Of a stretch of DNA of 64,000 nt, positions 36,004-50,510 are shown piece by piece. The number at the start of each line of letters is the position of its first letter. The first letter of the stretch is position 1. The notes under the pieces were generated by a model that had not been told where the DNA came from, ran no database searches, and saw only the letters and a list, made by a program, of their open reading frames with translations. The DNA comes from Octopus bimaculoides (lineage: Eukaryota), in contig NC_068981.1 in assembly GCF_001194135.2 (NCBI RefSeq), positions 22,933,091-22,997,090 of the forward strand. The letters are read 5' to 3'. Both the position numbers and the translations under genes were made by a program.

Positions 36004-37928
36004 ACTCACTCACAAATGGGTATTTTTGCTTTCAAACAAGTAATGAATTCTAAATTAGGTAATCAATATCATTCACTACAATACTCAGCTTCGGCTGATA
36101 CTTTATTTTATCAATCCTAGGCAGGGTGAAAGGCAAAGTTAATTGTTATTTCTTTACTACCCACAAGGGGCTAAACATAGAGGGGACAAACAAGGGATTA
36201 AGTCAATTACATCGACCTCAGTGCGTAACTGGTACTTAATTTATCGACCCCGAAAGGTTGAAAGGCAAAGTCAACCTCAGCGGAATTTGAACTCAGAACG
36301 TAGCGGTAGACAAAATACCGCTAAGCATTTCGCCTGGCGTGTTAACATTTCTGCCAGCTCGCTGCCTTTGTTAATTGTAGCAAGATTTGAACTCAGGATG
36401 TAAACTGCTGGTACAAATACCACAAGGCATTCCTTTTGATACTCTACTGATTCTGCCAGCTCTTCCCCTTCATTCAAACAAATAAAGCCAAAAAATTTCT
36501 GAATGGTCTCCACAGGAACACAAAGGTGATTCCATACAATCCTCCTCTTTTGCCTTCTTTTACTTGTTTCAATCATTAGATGACCTCAGCCATGCTGAGG
36601 GTATCTTCTTGAAGGATTTAGTTGAACAAATTGACCCCAATATTTATTTTTAAAATTAGGTACTTATTCTTTTGAGGCTCTTTAGGTGAACTGCTAGGTT
36701 ATGGGGTAGGTTATGGAGGACATAAACAACCCAACATCAGTTAAGCAATGGTGGGACACACACACACATAGGTGCAGGTGTGGCTGTGTGGAAAGAAGCT
36801 TGCTTCCCAACCACATGGTTCAGGGTTCAGTCCCACAGCATAGAACTTTGGGCAAGTGTCTTCTACTATAGCTTCAGGCTGACCAAAGACTTGTGAGTGG
36901 ATTTGGTAGATGGAAACTGAAAGAAGCCCGTCGTTTATGTATATATATATATATGTTGTGTGTGTGTGTGTGTATCTTTGTGTTTGTCCACCGCCACTGC
37001 TTGACAACCAGTATTGGTGTGTTTACATCTCTGTAACTTAGTGGTTTGGCAAAAGAGACTGGCATAGTAAGTACCAGGCTTTAAAAAATTACGTACATTC
37101 AACTAAAATTTCAGGGCAGTGCCCCAGCATGGCCACAATCAAATGACTGAAACAAGTATATATATATATATATATATGTGCACACATGATTGACTTCCAC
37201 AGTGTCCATCTACCAAATTCACCCACAAGGTATTGGTCAGCCTGGGGCTATAGTAGAAGACACTTCCTCAAGGTGCCTTGCTGTGGGATTGAACCTAAAA
37301 CTACGTGGTCACTTCCTTACTACATAGCCATGCCTGCACCTATATCTGTACATTTAAGTTTTGTAGCTTAATTATTTAAATGATTTTACTAATGATATAT
37401 ATATAAATAACAGCTGTTTATTTTAAAACATACTTCTTCAGATATTGAACGAAAGTAATTTTTGAGTCATGAAAAAAAAATTACCAGAATTATGATATTG
37501 GTGAAGACAGAACAACAGCAACAAGTAAGAGTTGAAGATATAGATTAGAATTCTTGGCCCAATATTGGTAAAAAGTTATATATTTCACTCTTACTGATAA
37601 TTAACAAAATACTAAATATTTTGAATCCAGGAATGGGTTTTTCTTTTTGTTTTCTCTAATATATATTTACAAATTTACATTTCTTTTTAACTTTTCCTGA
37701 ACTAATCTCAAAATATGAAACCATTTTGGAATATTTTGTATTCTATTTATTCTACAAACATGGCTATAGACACAGGCATTGCTATGTTGTCCAGAAATTA
37801 GCTTTCCAACCACTTGGTTTCAGGTTCAGTCCCACTGTGTCGCACCTTGGGCAAGTATCTTCTGCTATTGCTCTGGGCAGCAAAAGCCTTGTGAATAAAC
37901 TTGGTAGAAAGAAACTGAGAAAAGCCAA

Positions 37929-37984
<56 letters not shown>

Positions 37985-39229
37985 TACTTTTATATATCCC
38001 TCTACACTGCCTCATGCAGTTGAGGGACCTTAACTTGCAAGTACTTTGTGACCTCACCATTGCTGGTGCCATAAAAAACATGCACCCAATACACTCTAAA
38101 ATGCTTGGCATTATGTAGGGTATCCAGCTGTAGAAACCTTGCCAAAGCAGATACTAGAGCTTAGTGCAGCCTTCTGGCTCAACAGTTGCTGCCAAACTAT
38201 CCAACCCATGCCAAAATAATGATATTTATGTGTCTGTATGCATCAGTTTATATCAGTGTAAGATATTAAATATTGATGAGAAAAAGAATGTCATTATACA
38301 AATGAGGTCCCCACTGCATCAGGTTAGGCCCTTCCTTGTCACATTCACTGTCAGAAATACAGAAATACATTGAATTCGTGATTAGCTTGTTGGAAACTTG
38401 TAATGGCGAACCCTGCTGTACTCTTTCACCACTTTCTATCACTCTTACTTCCTGTTTCTGTTGTGCCTGTAATTCAAAGGGTCAGCCTTGCCACACAGTG
38501 TCACGATGAATATCCCCGAGAACTACGTTAAGGGTACACGTGTCTGTGGAGTGCTCAGCCACTTGCACGTTAATTTCACAAGCAGGCTGTTCCGTTGATT
38601 GGATCAATAGGAACCCTCGACGTCGTAAGCAACGGAGTGCCAACACACATGATTTTTCTACAATAGGCCTGTTCATAAATTGAATATATATATAGATAAA
38701 TCTCACAGTTGGCAATAGATCATTTCTGTTTGTACACTTATATCCCTTTGATTAACTTTACTTTTCTTTTAATCATTAAGTGTAATTTTCTACACTTGCA
38801 TGGATTACATGGTTCTTGTTCAGCACTGCTTCTCACCGATTGCTATGTAGTCCCTTGTCATCTTCTGTGTGATGTACAGCATTCAGAGATCAGCTTCACC
38901 ATTTTTTCCATTTTTACAAGATTGCTTAGCACTTTTCTTTTATCCATCTATCATCCTCTATAGGCATCTCATGTCTGTACCTTCTTGTTGATTCCTCTTA
39001 CACCTATCTGTTTCGGCAACTCATTTGTGTTACAACATTTACACCCCCGACCCACACCAAATTCCTCCACCTTCCCTCACAACTGACCGTACTTGCACCA
39101 TTTTTGCCACTCATGCATTTCCTCTATCTCCATCTTTACCCATCTGCTACTCCCCTTCACACTCACGTGAACCTAAGCTTTCCACTCATACCACTTCCCT
39201 TATATTCACCTTCCAGCATTACTGACGAA

Positions 39230-39303
39230 GGCCGGTTAGCTCAGTTGATTGGAGCGTTGTGCTATTAACACAAATATCGTGGGTTCAAGCCCCATACTGG
39301 CCA
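39230..39303 (+). tRNA. tRNA-Ile(AAT)-derived gene or pseudogene with anticodon ATT
   Basis: 74-nt cloverleaf: acceptor GGCCGGT/ACTGGCC, D stem GCTC/GAGC, anticodon stem TTGTG/CACAA with loop CT-ATT-AA, T stem GTGGG/CCCAT with loop TTCAAGC. A T6 run at 39310-39315 could be the terminator. The body matches metazoan tRNA-Ile(AAT). Confidence 0.85.
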
Positions 39304-42300
39304 TATGTCTTTTTTCGTGCCAGTGGGACATAAAAAGCACCCACTACACTCTCAGAGTGGTTGGCGTTAGGAAGGGCATCCAACTGTAGAAACTCTGCCA
39401 GGTCAGATTGGAGTCTGGTGTAGCCATCTGGTTCGCCAGTCCTCAGTCAAATCGTCCAACCCATGCTAACATGGAAAATGGATGTTAAATGATGAAGATG
39501 ATATGCTCTGACATCTTTTTTTTCCAGCTGGGTTAACCATACATCTCCCTACAGTATAACATGCATTTCTGTCCCTCCACCCTCATCATTTGGCATAAAG
39601 CCTCCACTCTAAATATTCCTCCCTCCTCAGTTGTGGGGGGTTTTGTCTTGCGGGTTATTTTGTAACCTTGCTATTGCAAACGCCGCATAAAAAGCATCCA
39701 GTAAACTTTGTAAAGTAGTTATTAGGAAGAGATCCAGCCATAGAAATCATGACAAAGACAATGGAGTTTGGTGCAGTTTTATAGCTTGCAAGTTCTTGAC
39801 AAACCATTCAGTCCAAGCCAGCATCGAAAATAGATATTAAATAATAATGATTGTTAGTTCCACCAGAATGCAACAAACTGGCAGAATTGTTAGCATATAG
39901 GGCAAAATGCTTAGTGGTATTTTGTCCATATCATCATCATTGTCGTCGTTTAATGTCCACTTTCCATGCTGGCATGGGTTGGACGGTTTGACTGAAAACC
40001 GGCAAGCCAGGAGACCAGGAGGCTGCACCAGACTCCAATCTGATTTAGCAAAGTTTCAACAGCTTGATGCCCTTCCTACACACACACACACGCACATATA
40101 ATGGGCTTCCTTCAGTTTCCATCTACCAAATCCACTGAAAGTTTTGATCAGCCTAGGGTTAGAGTAGAAGACACATATCCAAAGTGCCACACAGTAGGAT
40201 TGAACCTGAAACCGTGTGGTTGGGTAGCTAACTTCTTAACCACATGGCCATGCCTGTGCCTTTTGTCATTAGTAAAATAATTCAAATTTGAGTTCCAGTA
40301 ATTATGAGTTAGAATCCCAGTTCTGAATAGTTAATGTGAGTAATATTTTATAATTAACTATAATCATAATTAAATTCTATTCACAATATGAACATAATTA
40401 GTAGCATTGTCCAGATTTATTAATACCTACAATAAACACAATCATATAAATTCACTATATTTTGGTTAAACTTCTTGAAAAATGTCCGGATTCTTTTCAA
40501 TCAATTAGAAATACTTTAAAATATATATATAGAGATCTTAAAATAAAATTGCCATTCTTTTTATATATTTCAAAATTTTCATAATTTAACATTCATTTTC
40601 CATTCAGACATGGGTTGATGGTTTGACTGGAGTTGGCAAGCTGGGGCTGCACCAGGCTCCAATTGTCTGTTTTGGCAAGATATCTATGACTGGATGCCCT
40701 TCCTAATGCCAGCTCCTTTTACAGAATGTACTGGATGCCTTTTACATGGCACCAGCATGCGTGCTTATGTGGCATCAGCAAGCTTGCAAAGCAAGGGACC
40801 TCTTAGCTAAGAGAGAGGGTGGAACCAAGAGGTTAGAGTACAATAGAGGGACAATACTATACTAGTTACTCTAAATGAATTGTTTTTCTAATCAGTAAAT
40901 ATTTCCAATGTCTATTGCTGTGCTTGAGGTATATAAATACCGTTACATGTTTCTCCTAGGCTAAGGCTTAAGTCTGACATGAGCCTTAAAACTCATAAGG
41001 TTTTTAGCTTGATGTGATTTCCATAGCATATGACTGGATTACATTTCCTCCTGAACAGGATGCCAGTCCATTGCAGGGTTATCTTCCCAAATATTGTGGG
41101 AATTCATTTACAGTCGAATGAATTGGAACAATGTGACATTATGTGTTTTGCTCAAGAATGCAATGCACCGACCAGTTTGAAAACTGAAACTCCGACCTTA
41201 GAATTGTGAGTGCAACACCTTAAACTCTAAGACGCATATTTTCACTGACAAACTTAAAAAAAAAAAAAAAAAATCAGGAAAGTTATATACGCTATGAATT
41301 TACCTTGCAATAATCAAAGTCAGCATGAAGTTCTATGGTTTGGCAGGATCTGATTGGTCCAAGGACTGTATTCTGCTCCACTCTCAACTTTGTCATGGTT
41401 TCTATGGCTGGATGCCCTTCCTAATGCCAACCACTTTACAGCATGTACTTGGTGCATTTTTGTACCACTAGCACTATTGAAATTGCTAGACTATGAATCC
41501 CAAGGGAGGGTAGGGGTCGGCTTTATGCTAGGGCAGTGGTTGCCACCCCTTGACACTCAGGTCATATTATCAGTGCCCCTCCCCCACCACAAACATAGAC
41601 CACTTTCTACATTAAATTCAAAACAACTGTATTTCACAAGCTTAACTTAATTAACCCATAATTTTATTGTTTTTTTACATTCATCATCCCTTTATTGCCC
41701 CCACTTTTCTTCAATACCTCACTGGATATTTCCACTGCCCCCAATGGAGTAGTGCTAGCCAATTTGGGAACCACTGTGCTGTGGGTTACTCTATGAGAGT
41801 AGAGCAGCAGCAAAGAAATAGTGGTGAAGGGGTGTCCCCTTAAAAAAATGAGAGGAGTAGAAGTGGGTGAATATTTGTATCCCTAAGCAAAATTACTGTG
41901 ACCTACAACTTGGAAGATACATTCCTCATCATCTAACGTCCAATTCCCATGCTGGCATGGGTTGGATGATTTGCCAGGAGCTGATAATCTAGAAGACTAT
42001 GCTAAGCTCAACTGTCTGCTTTGGCACAGTTTCTATGGTTGGATGCTCTTATATGGGATTTAAAAGTTAGAATTACTCTTTTACTTGTTTCAGTCAGTTG
42101 ACTGCGGCCATGCTGGAACACCGCCTTTAATCGAGCAAATCAACCCCAGGACTTATTCTTTGGAAGCCTAGTACTTATTCTATTGGTCTCTTTTGCCGAA
42201 CCGCTAAGTTACGGGGACGCAAACACACCAGCATCGGTTGNNNNNNNNNNCTCTTTTGCCGAACCGCTAAGTTACGGGGACGCAAACACACCAGCATCGG

Positions 42301-45300
42301 TTGTCAAGCGATGTTGGGGGGACAAACAGACACACACATATATACGACGGGCTTCTTTCAGTTTCCATCTACCAAATCCACTCACAAGGCTTTGGTCAGC
42401 TCGAGGCTCTAGTAGAAGACACTTGCCCAAGGTCCCATGCAGTGGGACTGAACCCGGAATCATGTGGTTGGTAAGCAAGCTACTTACCACACAGCCATTT
42501 TTTTCCTTTGTTACTGGTACACCAACGCTAGTGAAACAGAGTACAAATAGAAAATAGATGATAGTGTAAAGAAATGTATGAGACATTGAAGACAAACGAG
42601 CAAATAAGAACTGATATATTGTTTTATTAAAGTCCTTGTTGCTATTACCATTAAATGTCTAAACATCTGGTTTATCTTCAATATTTTTCATAGTCACAGA
42701 TGAGAAAACAAGTCATAACAAGAAACAAAAAAATAATGTTTGGAAATAAAGATGAAACAAATAATTATGAAGTCTATGAAAGACAGACAGCAGTATATAA
42801 GTTGTCTGGAGAACGTATGAAGATCTGCTATTGTCTTTGTGGAGGAAAATAAATAGTGGATTGGGAATATTGTTATCCATCCTTGCCACCCACTGTCTAA
42901 GTCGAGGGTGGTGGGGACAGAATGTGATATGTGAGTGCTATTTTATAAATGATTGTTATTGATTTTTTTTTTTTTTCATTTTAACATGTTAATAGATTTC
43001 AATGATAGATAATGGAATACAAAACTTATGACCTAACAGCTAGGAATTTTGTCAACATTGCTGATTGCATTTCTACATCTAATTATGAAATAAACCCTTC
43101 ATTTAACAACTGGCCATAAAATTAGATTTTAAAAAAAAACAAAAAAAAACCCAGTTTGTAAAAATTTCTTAATGTTTTCTCCACTATTTACAGAGAAAAA
43201 AAAAACTACACAAGCCATCTGATGAAGAAATGTTTGAATATATTTCTGACAAGAAAAACACAAATCTGCTAACTTCTTTATACTGGTTCTAATACTTGTT
43301 CATTATTCACCATGCATGAAGATTGGGTGTGATTAATGTTCCACTCAACATGCATATGTCATTCTTTTTTTTTGTTTGTTCCTTATTGATATTGTACCAG
43401 TCCAACATTGACATAGTGTACAAAAATAACAAGCACTAATTGTAAACATTTTTGTGAATATGCACCACGTTTTTAGCCAAGTCCACATACCTATCACATT
43501 TTTTTCTTTTTTCTTAATAATATAACCCATATTGGGTTTGATAACTCTATAAATTCTGATATATGCATAAAATGTCTGATCTGATTAACTTTTGACAACT
43601 TGCCTTTCCCAGCTTATATACCCATTCACTCTTCTGTTGAGAGCACAGCAATCACTCAACCTACTAAAATTAGCAGCTAAAGCTTCCTCAGATCGCACTC
43701 TTGCATCTTCGACACGATGAAGTAGTCCAAGGTTAACAAAAAAAAAAAAAGGGCCATGATTGGAATGCCTTTGACTCTAGGTCTGCTCGATCAAGGTCAA
43801 CTTGGAACTAAACAACAACAGTGAACTGAGTCAAATATGCGTAGATCAAGGACACAACTGAAGGGTGACAGGGGTGGCCTTTCTAGTTTGATCAATTCTA
43901 TAAATAATTGTTTGTATGACACCAAACTGTGCGCACCCCCACCTTCAGTTTTCTCAACTAGTAGATACAAATAAGGATCTCAGACCTTATGAGATACATT
44001 GTGTGAGGTAAGGTATAGAAAGACCTTCTTTTACAAACATTTTATGACAGTGCCCCAGGTGGAGTAATAGCCAACCAGCTGGCTGGCTGGAACCGAATAA
44101 GAGAGAATAAAAGAAAGAGAAAATGTGGCATGCTCATAATCGAAAGTGGGGAAAAGTCGCAGACAAATGAAATCATTTTGTTAGCCACCCTCTTCTATAA
44201 AACTTAAAATCAGACGGATGAGTTAAATGGTTGAGCTACTGAACAACTATTAAAAAAAAAAGCTAAACCCCTTTATTTTCTACATGTTTTTTTTTTTTTA
44301 AATTATAAAACAAAAATAAATCCTGTATTAAAATGTATAATTTATGGATTTGTGCTTGCAACAATATAACATAAAAATAAGAGGAGTGATTTTAGGTGAA
44401 ACTGAAAATTCAACTTTTAAGTCTCTCCTTCAATTATGTTAGTCAATAATTCATTAATGTAATTAAGGGGAGAATAAAGGAAAAAGAAACAAATGACTAT
44501 TTGGCAATTTTTTGATGCATTTGCCTGGAGATATGAATATCTAATAGTTGTAAACTAATGAGCGTCGTGTATGAACCTTAAAACACACAAGTTTGTGTCA
44601 CAGCTTATTTGCACATACGACTGTGTGTATGTAATGCTATATGCACATACACCGTAGTATATTTTATATATTAGTTTAATATATTTAATTTTCTTGTTAT
44701 CATCAAACTTTCAAATTTTTCACACAGCAATGATTATGCAGTAATAATGATGACTGTATAACCATTGTTGTAATTTATTTTTTTAAAAAATAACCCAACT
44801 TATTTCGTTTATTATTTGATATTAAATTTTGTTTTGTTTGATAATTCTAAAATCGTTTACAGGCCAATGAACAAATATTGTATGTGTAACAAACTTAAAA
44901 AAAACAAAATGGGCAGCGGGGGGAGAAGCAGGTAAATTATATGTTGAGATATACAAAATACATTAAAAGAACAGTAACAGTACTGTGTGTTGATGGCCTG
45001 TTGTTTTATGAACAGGTTTAAATGTTAAGTAACTCAACAGATTTAAACTGTTCATCGGAAGTGACAACCGAAATAAAAGGATGAGCAGCAGTGGAAAGGT
45101 GGAAGCTGTAGAGGAGACATGTACAGGGCACTAAAAAATATCACAGTAATATGATTTTGTATTGTTTTGGTCTCCTCTTTTCCATTCTCTCTTTCTCACT
45201 CCTCTTCAATGAAACTGTCCCTTTAATAAACTTTTCACCGTTTGCTCATATTTTATATCACTGTAGCAGAACTAAGATAGAAAGATATGTATATCTATCC

Positions 45301-45356
45301 AACCTTAGAGTGCTAAATAAAAAAAAAAAAAAATTTTTTAAATTTAAAAAACTGTT

Positions 45357-45453
45357 TCATTTGTCCTTCTGTTGACATGGAATGCAGCCACTGTGTTCCT
45401 TATCCAACTTCTCAATACCACGAGCAAACAATTTTACCAGCTGACAATGGACC
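45357..45453 (-). CDS. CERK: Ceramide kinase terminal coding exon
   Basis: Acceptor tatcattccag|G. Translates (Q)VHCQLVKLFARGIEKLDKEHSGCIPCQQKDK*, matching CERK VHCQLVRLFARGIE. TGA at 45359-45357. Confidence 0.95.
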
Positions 45454-46870
45454 CTGGAATGATAGACAAAGAAATGGGTCTAGATTAATTCTGATCCGAC
45501 AAAATTTTAATGTAAATTATATCAAAAAGAATAAGCACCAGCTTGAGACAAACTGTTTTAACAGAAACAGAAACATGGTTCAATTTCCATCGGTGAATGT
45601 GCCATGATCTTCTCTGAAATGGGTGAAACACTAATATTTAATGTAATCTCAAGGCTATTTGTTGAGTCCTACTTTAGAAGACAGGAAAGAGTATCATCAT
45701 TATTTAGTGCCTGTTTTCCATGCTGGCATGGGTTAGACAGTTTGACCGGGGCTGTTAAGCTGGAGAGCTGTACCAAGCTTCAGCCTGATTTGGCTGGCTT
45801 TCTATGGCTGGATACCCTTCCTAATGGTAACCACTCTAAGAGTGAAATGGGTGCCCTGTACATGTCACTGGCACTGACCACGACTACAATTTCACTAGGA
45901 TTGATAGGTCTTCTCAAGCACAGCAAATCAGTAAAGGTCTTGATCCCTTGTCATATCAGTATCGATATATCTCATTCTGTAAAGACCCCCTTCAGTCATA
46001 AACGACCATGGGATTGCACCTAGAAAGTTCCTCTCCAAGGCACAAGTCCAGGCAAGGTTGTTTATAGAAGACTAACAGTCGCCCATGCATACCAGCCTCC
46101 CCTCTTCACACCACCAATGTCATCCATGGGAAAGGCAAAGATCAATACCGCTTGGCACCAGTGACATGGCAACTCATTTCAATAGCTGAGTGAACTGGAG
46201 CATCATGAAATAAAGTTTCTTGCTCAAGAACATGACACATAGCCCAGTCCAGGAACTGAACTCACTACCTCATAGTTGTGAGCCCAATGCTCTAATCACT
46301 GAGCCATGTGCCTTCACACTTCCCCTTCTGTGTAGTAGGTAAATCTCAAGAAAGGCATAAATCTTTAACTGTCTCATTTCCCGTTGCCTTGTTGATTCTG
46401 TTCTCTGTAATATTTCTCTTTTACTTGCTTCATTCATTGGACTGCAGCCATGCTGGGTCATCACTCTCAAAGGTTTTAGTCAAACAGCTCAACACCTGAA
46501 CTTATCTTTTAAGTCTAGCACTTATTCTATCAGTCTCTTTTGCCGAACCATTAAGTAACAGGAATATATACAAACAAATACCAGTTGTCAAGTGATAGAA
46601 ACAAGCACAAACACACCATATATACATGAAGGGCTTCTGTACAGTTTTTGGTTACCAAATTCACTCACAAGGAATTGGTGAGCCTGGGACTCTAGTAGAA
46701 GGCACCTGCCCAAGGTGCTGTGTAGGGGGATTGAACCTGAATTAGTTTTGTGTATTTTGTTATTCTTCTCAGTTGAGATTTTGGTTTACTACAATATTTG
46801 CAAATCATCAAGATATTTTTAATCATGGGTTAAGGGAGTGAAAAAGTACAAATATATGTGAATTTCTTAC

Positions 46871-47061
46871 TGGACATGGACACTTGGAGAGCCAATGACT
46901 TCACCATCACAGTTCCAGACACTGTTATGCGATGACTTGGAGTTTGACCGAAATAGTTGTTGCCGACAGTTTACTTCACCAGCCTCTAACTCGAATTCAT
47001 CTTCAAGTGGACGGAACTGAAATTCTTTGACTCGATGGACTTGAACAAAATCAAAGTCAAA
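46871..47061 (-). CDS. CERK: Ceramide kinase penultimate exon, phase 0 to 2
   Basis: Acceptor catcttttcag|TTT and donor CA|gtaaga. Translates FDFDFVQVHRVKEFQF...SVWNCDGEVIGSPSVHV, matching CERK FDFTFVEVYRVKKFQF...SWNCDGEV. Confidence 0.95.
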
Positions 47062-47703
47062 CTGAAAAGATGACATAAGAAGATTCATCATTAAGTACTA
47101 AAACACAACTATACAATAATAATAATAATCCTTTCTACAAAAGGCACAATGCCTGAAATTCGGGGAGCGGGGACTAGTTGATTACACCGACCCCAGTGTT
47201 TCACTGGTGCTTAATTTATCGACCCTGAAAGGATGAAAGTCAAAGTCGACCTCGGCGGAATTTGAACACAGAACATAGTGACAGACGAAATGCGCTAAGC
47301 ATTTTGTCCAGCATGCTAATGATTCTGCTAAACACATCAAGACATTGGTGTATGACTATGAAACATTGACTATATTTTTTGCTTTTAAGGGATGAATTAC
47401 ACTATGCCTAATTTAACACCATTTTCTGATCCTTGTATTCCTTTAGTAATGTTCAGACTCTTGCCTAGCTACTGCTAACTAAAATTTCCCCATTAGCACT
47501 GCCACTGTCAGAGGCTAGACATAGTAAAGATTTCCTTCTAGCAGCAGTCCATTGCTAGGTTGTAGCCTTCTTAATACCAACCATTTTACAGAGTGTAGTT
47601 GGTGGTTTTAATTGGCACCAGCACAAATGCTTTTTACGTGGTACTGTGGTTTTAGGGCACATTGCTGTCTTGAAGACCCATCCACCACAACAGAATCTAT
47701 CTA

Positions 47704-47740
<37 letters not shown>

Positions 47741-49502
47741 TTAAAATATTCAATCATCATCATCGTTTAACGTCCGCTTTCCATGCTGGCATGGGTTGGA
47801 CGATTTGACTGAGGACTGGTGAAACCGGATGGCAACACCAGGCTCGAATTTAATTTGGCAGAGTTTCTACAGCTGGATGCCCTTCCTAACGCCAACCACT
47901 CCGAGAGTGTAGTGGGTGCTTTTACGGCCACACTCNNNNNNNNNNNNNNNNNNNNNNNNNNNNNNNNNNNNNNNNNNNNNNNNNNNNNNNNNNNNNNNNN
48001 NNNNNNNNNNNNNNNNNNNNNNNNNNNNNNNNNNNNNNNNNNNNNNNNNNNNNNNNNNNNNNNNNNNNNNNNNNNNNNNNNNNNNNNNNNNNNNNNNNNN
48101 NNNNNNNNNNNNNNNNNNNNNNNNNNNNNNNNNNNNNNNNNNNNNNNNNNNNNNNNNNNNNNNNNNNNNNNNNNNNNNNNNNNNNNNNNNNNNNNNNNNN
48201 NNNNNNNNNNNNNNNNNNNNNNNNNNNNNNNNNNNNNNNNNNNNNNNNNNNNNNNNNNNNNNNNNNNNNNNNNNNNNNNNNNNNNNNNNNNNNNNNNNNN
48301 NNNNNNNNNNNNNNNNNNNNNNNNNNNNNNNNNNNNNNNNNNNNNNNNTATAATGAATTTTAAAAAATAGAAAATCATGGTGACAGAGAATATTTTAAAA
48401 GATATAAAACTATTCAAATGAATTACTGATAAAAATTACTCCTGTTACTTATCAGCATAATTAATAGTAAACTAATTAGTGTTACCTTATTTAATATAGT
48501 AAGAATTGAGAGAAACAATGCAACAAAGAAATAATGTGAAACTATTGCAAGACTGAGGTCTAATAACACTATATCTAGAGTTGTCTCCCTTACAAGCTGG
48601 AAGAATTAAAATATTCTTTTCTACTGTAGGCACAAGGCCCGAAATTTTTGGGGAGGGGGCCAGTCGATTAGATTGACCCCAGTACGCAACTGGTACTTAA
48701 TTTATCGGTTCCGAAAGTATGAATAGAGAAATCGACCTAGGCGGAATTTGAACTCAGAACAGAAGAATTAAAATGTCAACTGTCTCTTACTTTCCTGTCT
48801 TTTATCTGGTCTTCTTTCATTATTATAGCTCTTATTTGTTTCAATCATTGGACTGCGGCCATGCTGGGGCATTGCCTTGACAAGGTTTTACACGAATACA
48901 GAAGTCTGTGGCAGGCTTCTGCCTGGCTAGCTCCTGTCAAACCGTCCCACCCATGCCAGCATGGAGGGTGGACGTTAAATGATGACAATGATCGTCCCAA
49001 CTAATTTTTACCTTTTTTTTATTTTAAAAGTCTACTACTTATTTTTTATCAGCCTCTTTTGCTAGACTGCTAAGTTACAGGGATGTAAACAAACCACCAC
49101 CGGTTGTCGAATAGTGATGAGGTGACAATCACAGACATAAAGGCACGTAAACACATATATAAATATGTATAGGCGCAGGCATGCCTGTGTGATGAGAAGT
49201 TTGCTTCCCAGCCACATGTTTCTGAGTTCAGTCTCACTGCGTGACACCTTGGGCAAGTGTCTTCTACTATAACCTCAGGCTGACCGAAGCTTTGTGAGTC
49301 GATTTCGTAGACGGAAACTGAAAGAAGCCCCGTTATATATATATCTGATTTGGCAAGGTTTCTATGAAAGGCATCCATCTGTAGAAATCTTGCCAAATCA
49401 GATCAGAACCCGGTGCACCCCCCCTCTTGAGCTTACCAGTTTCCAGTCAGACCGTCCAACCCATGCCAGCATGGAAAGCAGACGTTAAACGATGATGATG
49501 AT

Positions 49503-49568
<66 letters not shown>

Positions 49569-50304
49569 TGTATCTTTGTATGTCCCCCACCACGACAACT
49601 GGTGTAGGTGTGTTTACATCCCTGTTACTTATCGGTTCAGCAAAAGAGACTAACAGAATAAATACCTGCCCTTACAAAAAAATATGTACTGGAAATGATT
49701 CATTCAACTAAAATTCAAGGCAGTGCTCCAGCATGACCGCAGGCTAATGACTGAAACAAGTAAAAGATAAAGGATAAATTCATTCACACACACATTAGGC
49801 AGTGAGCTGGCAGAATGGTTAGCATGCCGGGCAAAATGCTTAGCGGTATTTCGTCTGCTGCTACGTTCTGAGTTCAAATTCCGCCGAGGTCGACTTTACC
49901 TTTCATCCTTTCGGGGTCGATAAATTAAGTACCAGTTACGCACTGGGGTAACACACACGCACAATGGACTTCCACTTGCTTTCTGTGTCACAAATTCCCT
50001 CACAAGGCTTTGGTTAGCTGGGGGCTAAAGTTGAAGACACTTGCCTAAGGTGCTACACACTGGAATTGAACCCAAAACCATGTGGTTATAAAGAGAGATT
50101 CTTAACCACCCAGCCCTTTTTTCTTTTTTTCCTAATTATCTGCTTAAAGTCCACCATATTAAATAAAGAAACACCAACTTGATAAAATAGGAGAGACAAA
50201 AAAATGCTTCCAATGAAATTAAAAGTCAGTCAATGACTAAATAGCTACACTCTGTGGAGAAGAAAGACCTGATGAAAAAAAAAAAAGACTCTCATTGCTC
50301 TAAC

Positions 50305-50510
50305 CTGGTCTGATTGTCTGTCTCTGCAACGATATAAATGATGCAAGTAGTTTAGCCGGGAACAACGTTTCACTAGGATTAGGTCGGTACATCCATCTCC
50401 CAAATGACAAGCGGGAGACACACCTTCTGGGCTCATGGCACACCGGCAACTCATGGTAACGGCATTTACACCAATAAAATCTCCACGGATCGTGTGCCAT
50501 TTTTCTTTAC
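50305..50510 (-). CDS. CERK: Ceramide kinase exon, phase 1 to 0
   Basis: Acceptor tttggtttag|GT and donor CAG|gttaga. Translates KEKWHTIRGDFIGVNAVTMSCRCAMSPEGVSPACHLGDGCTDLILVKRCSRLNYLHHLYRCRDRQSDQ, matching CERK MSCAC..SP.GLSP.AHLGDG..DLIL..KCSR. Confidence 0.95.

Noticed and set aside
39215-39240. CTGACGAAGGCC just before the tRNA as a hammerhead half fused to it
   Set aside because: No matching GAAA or stem III follows, so this is likely coincidence.
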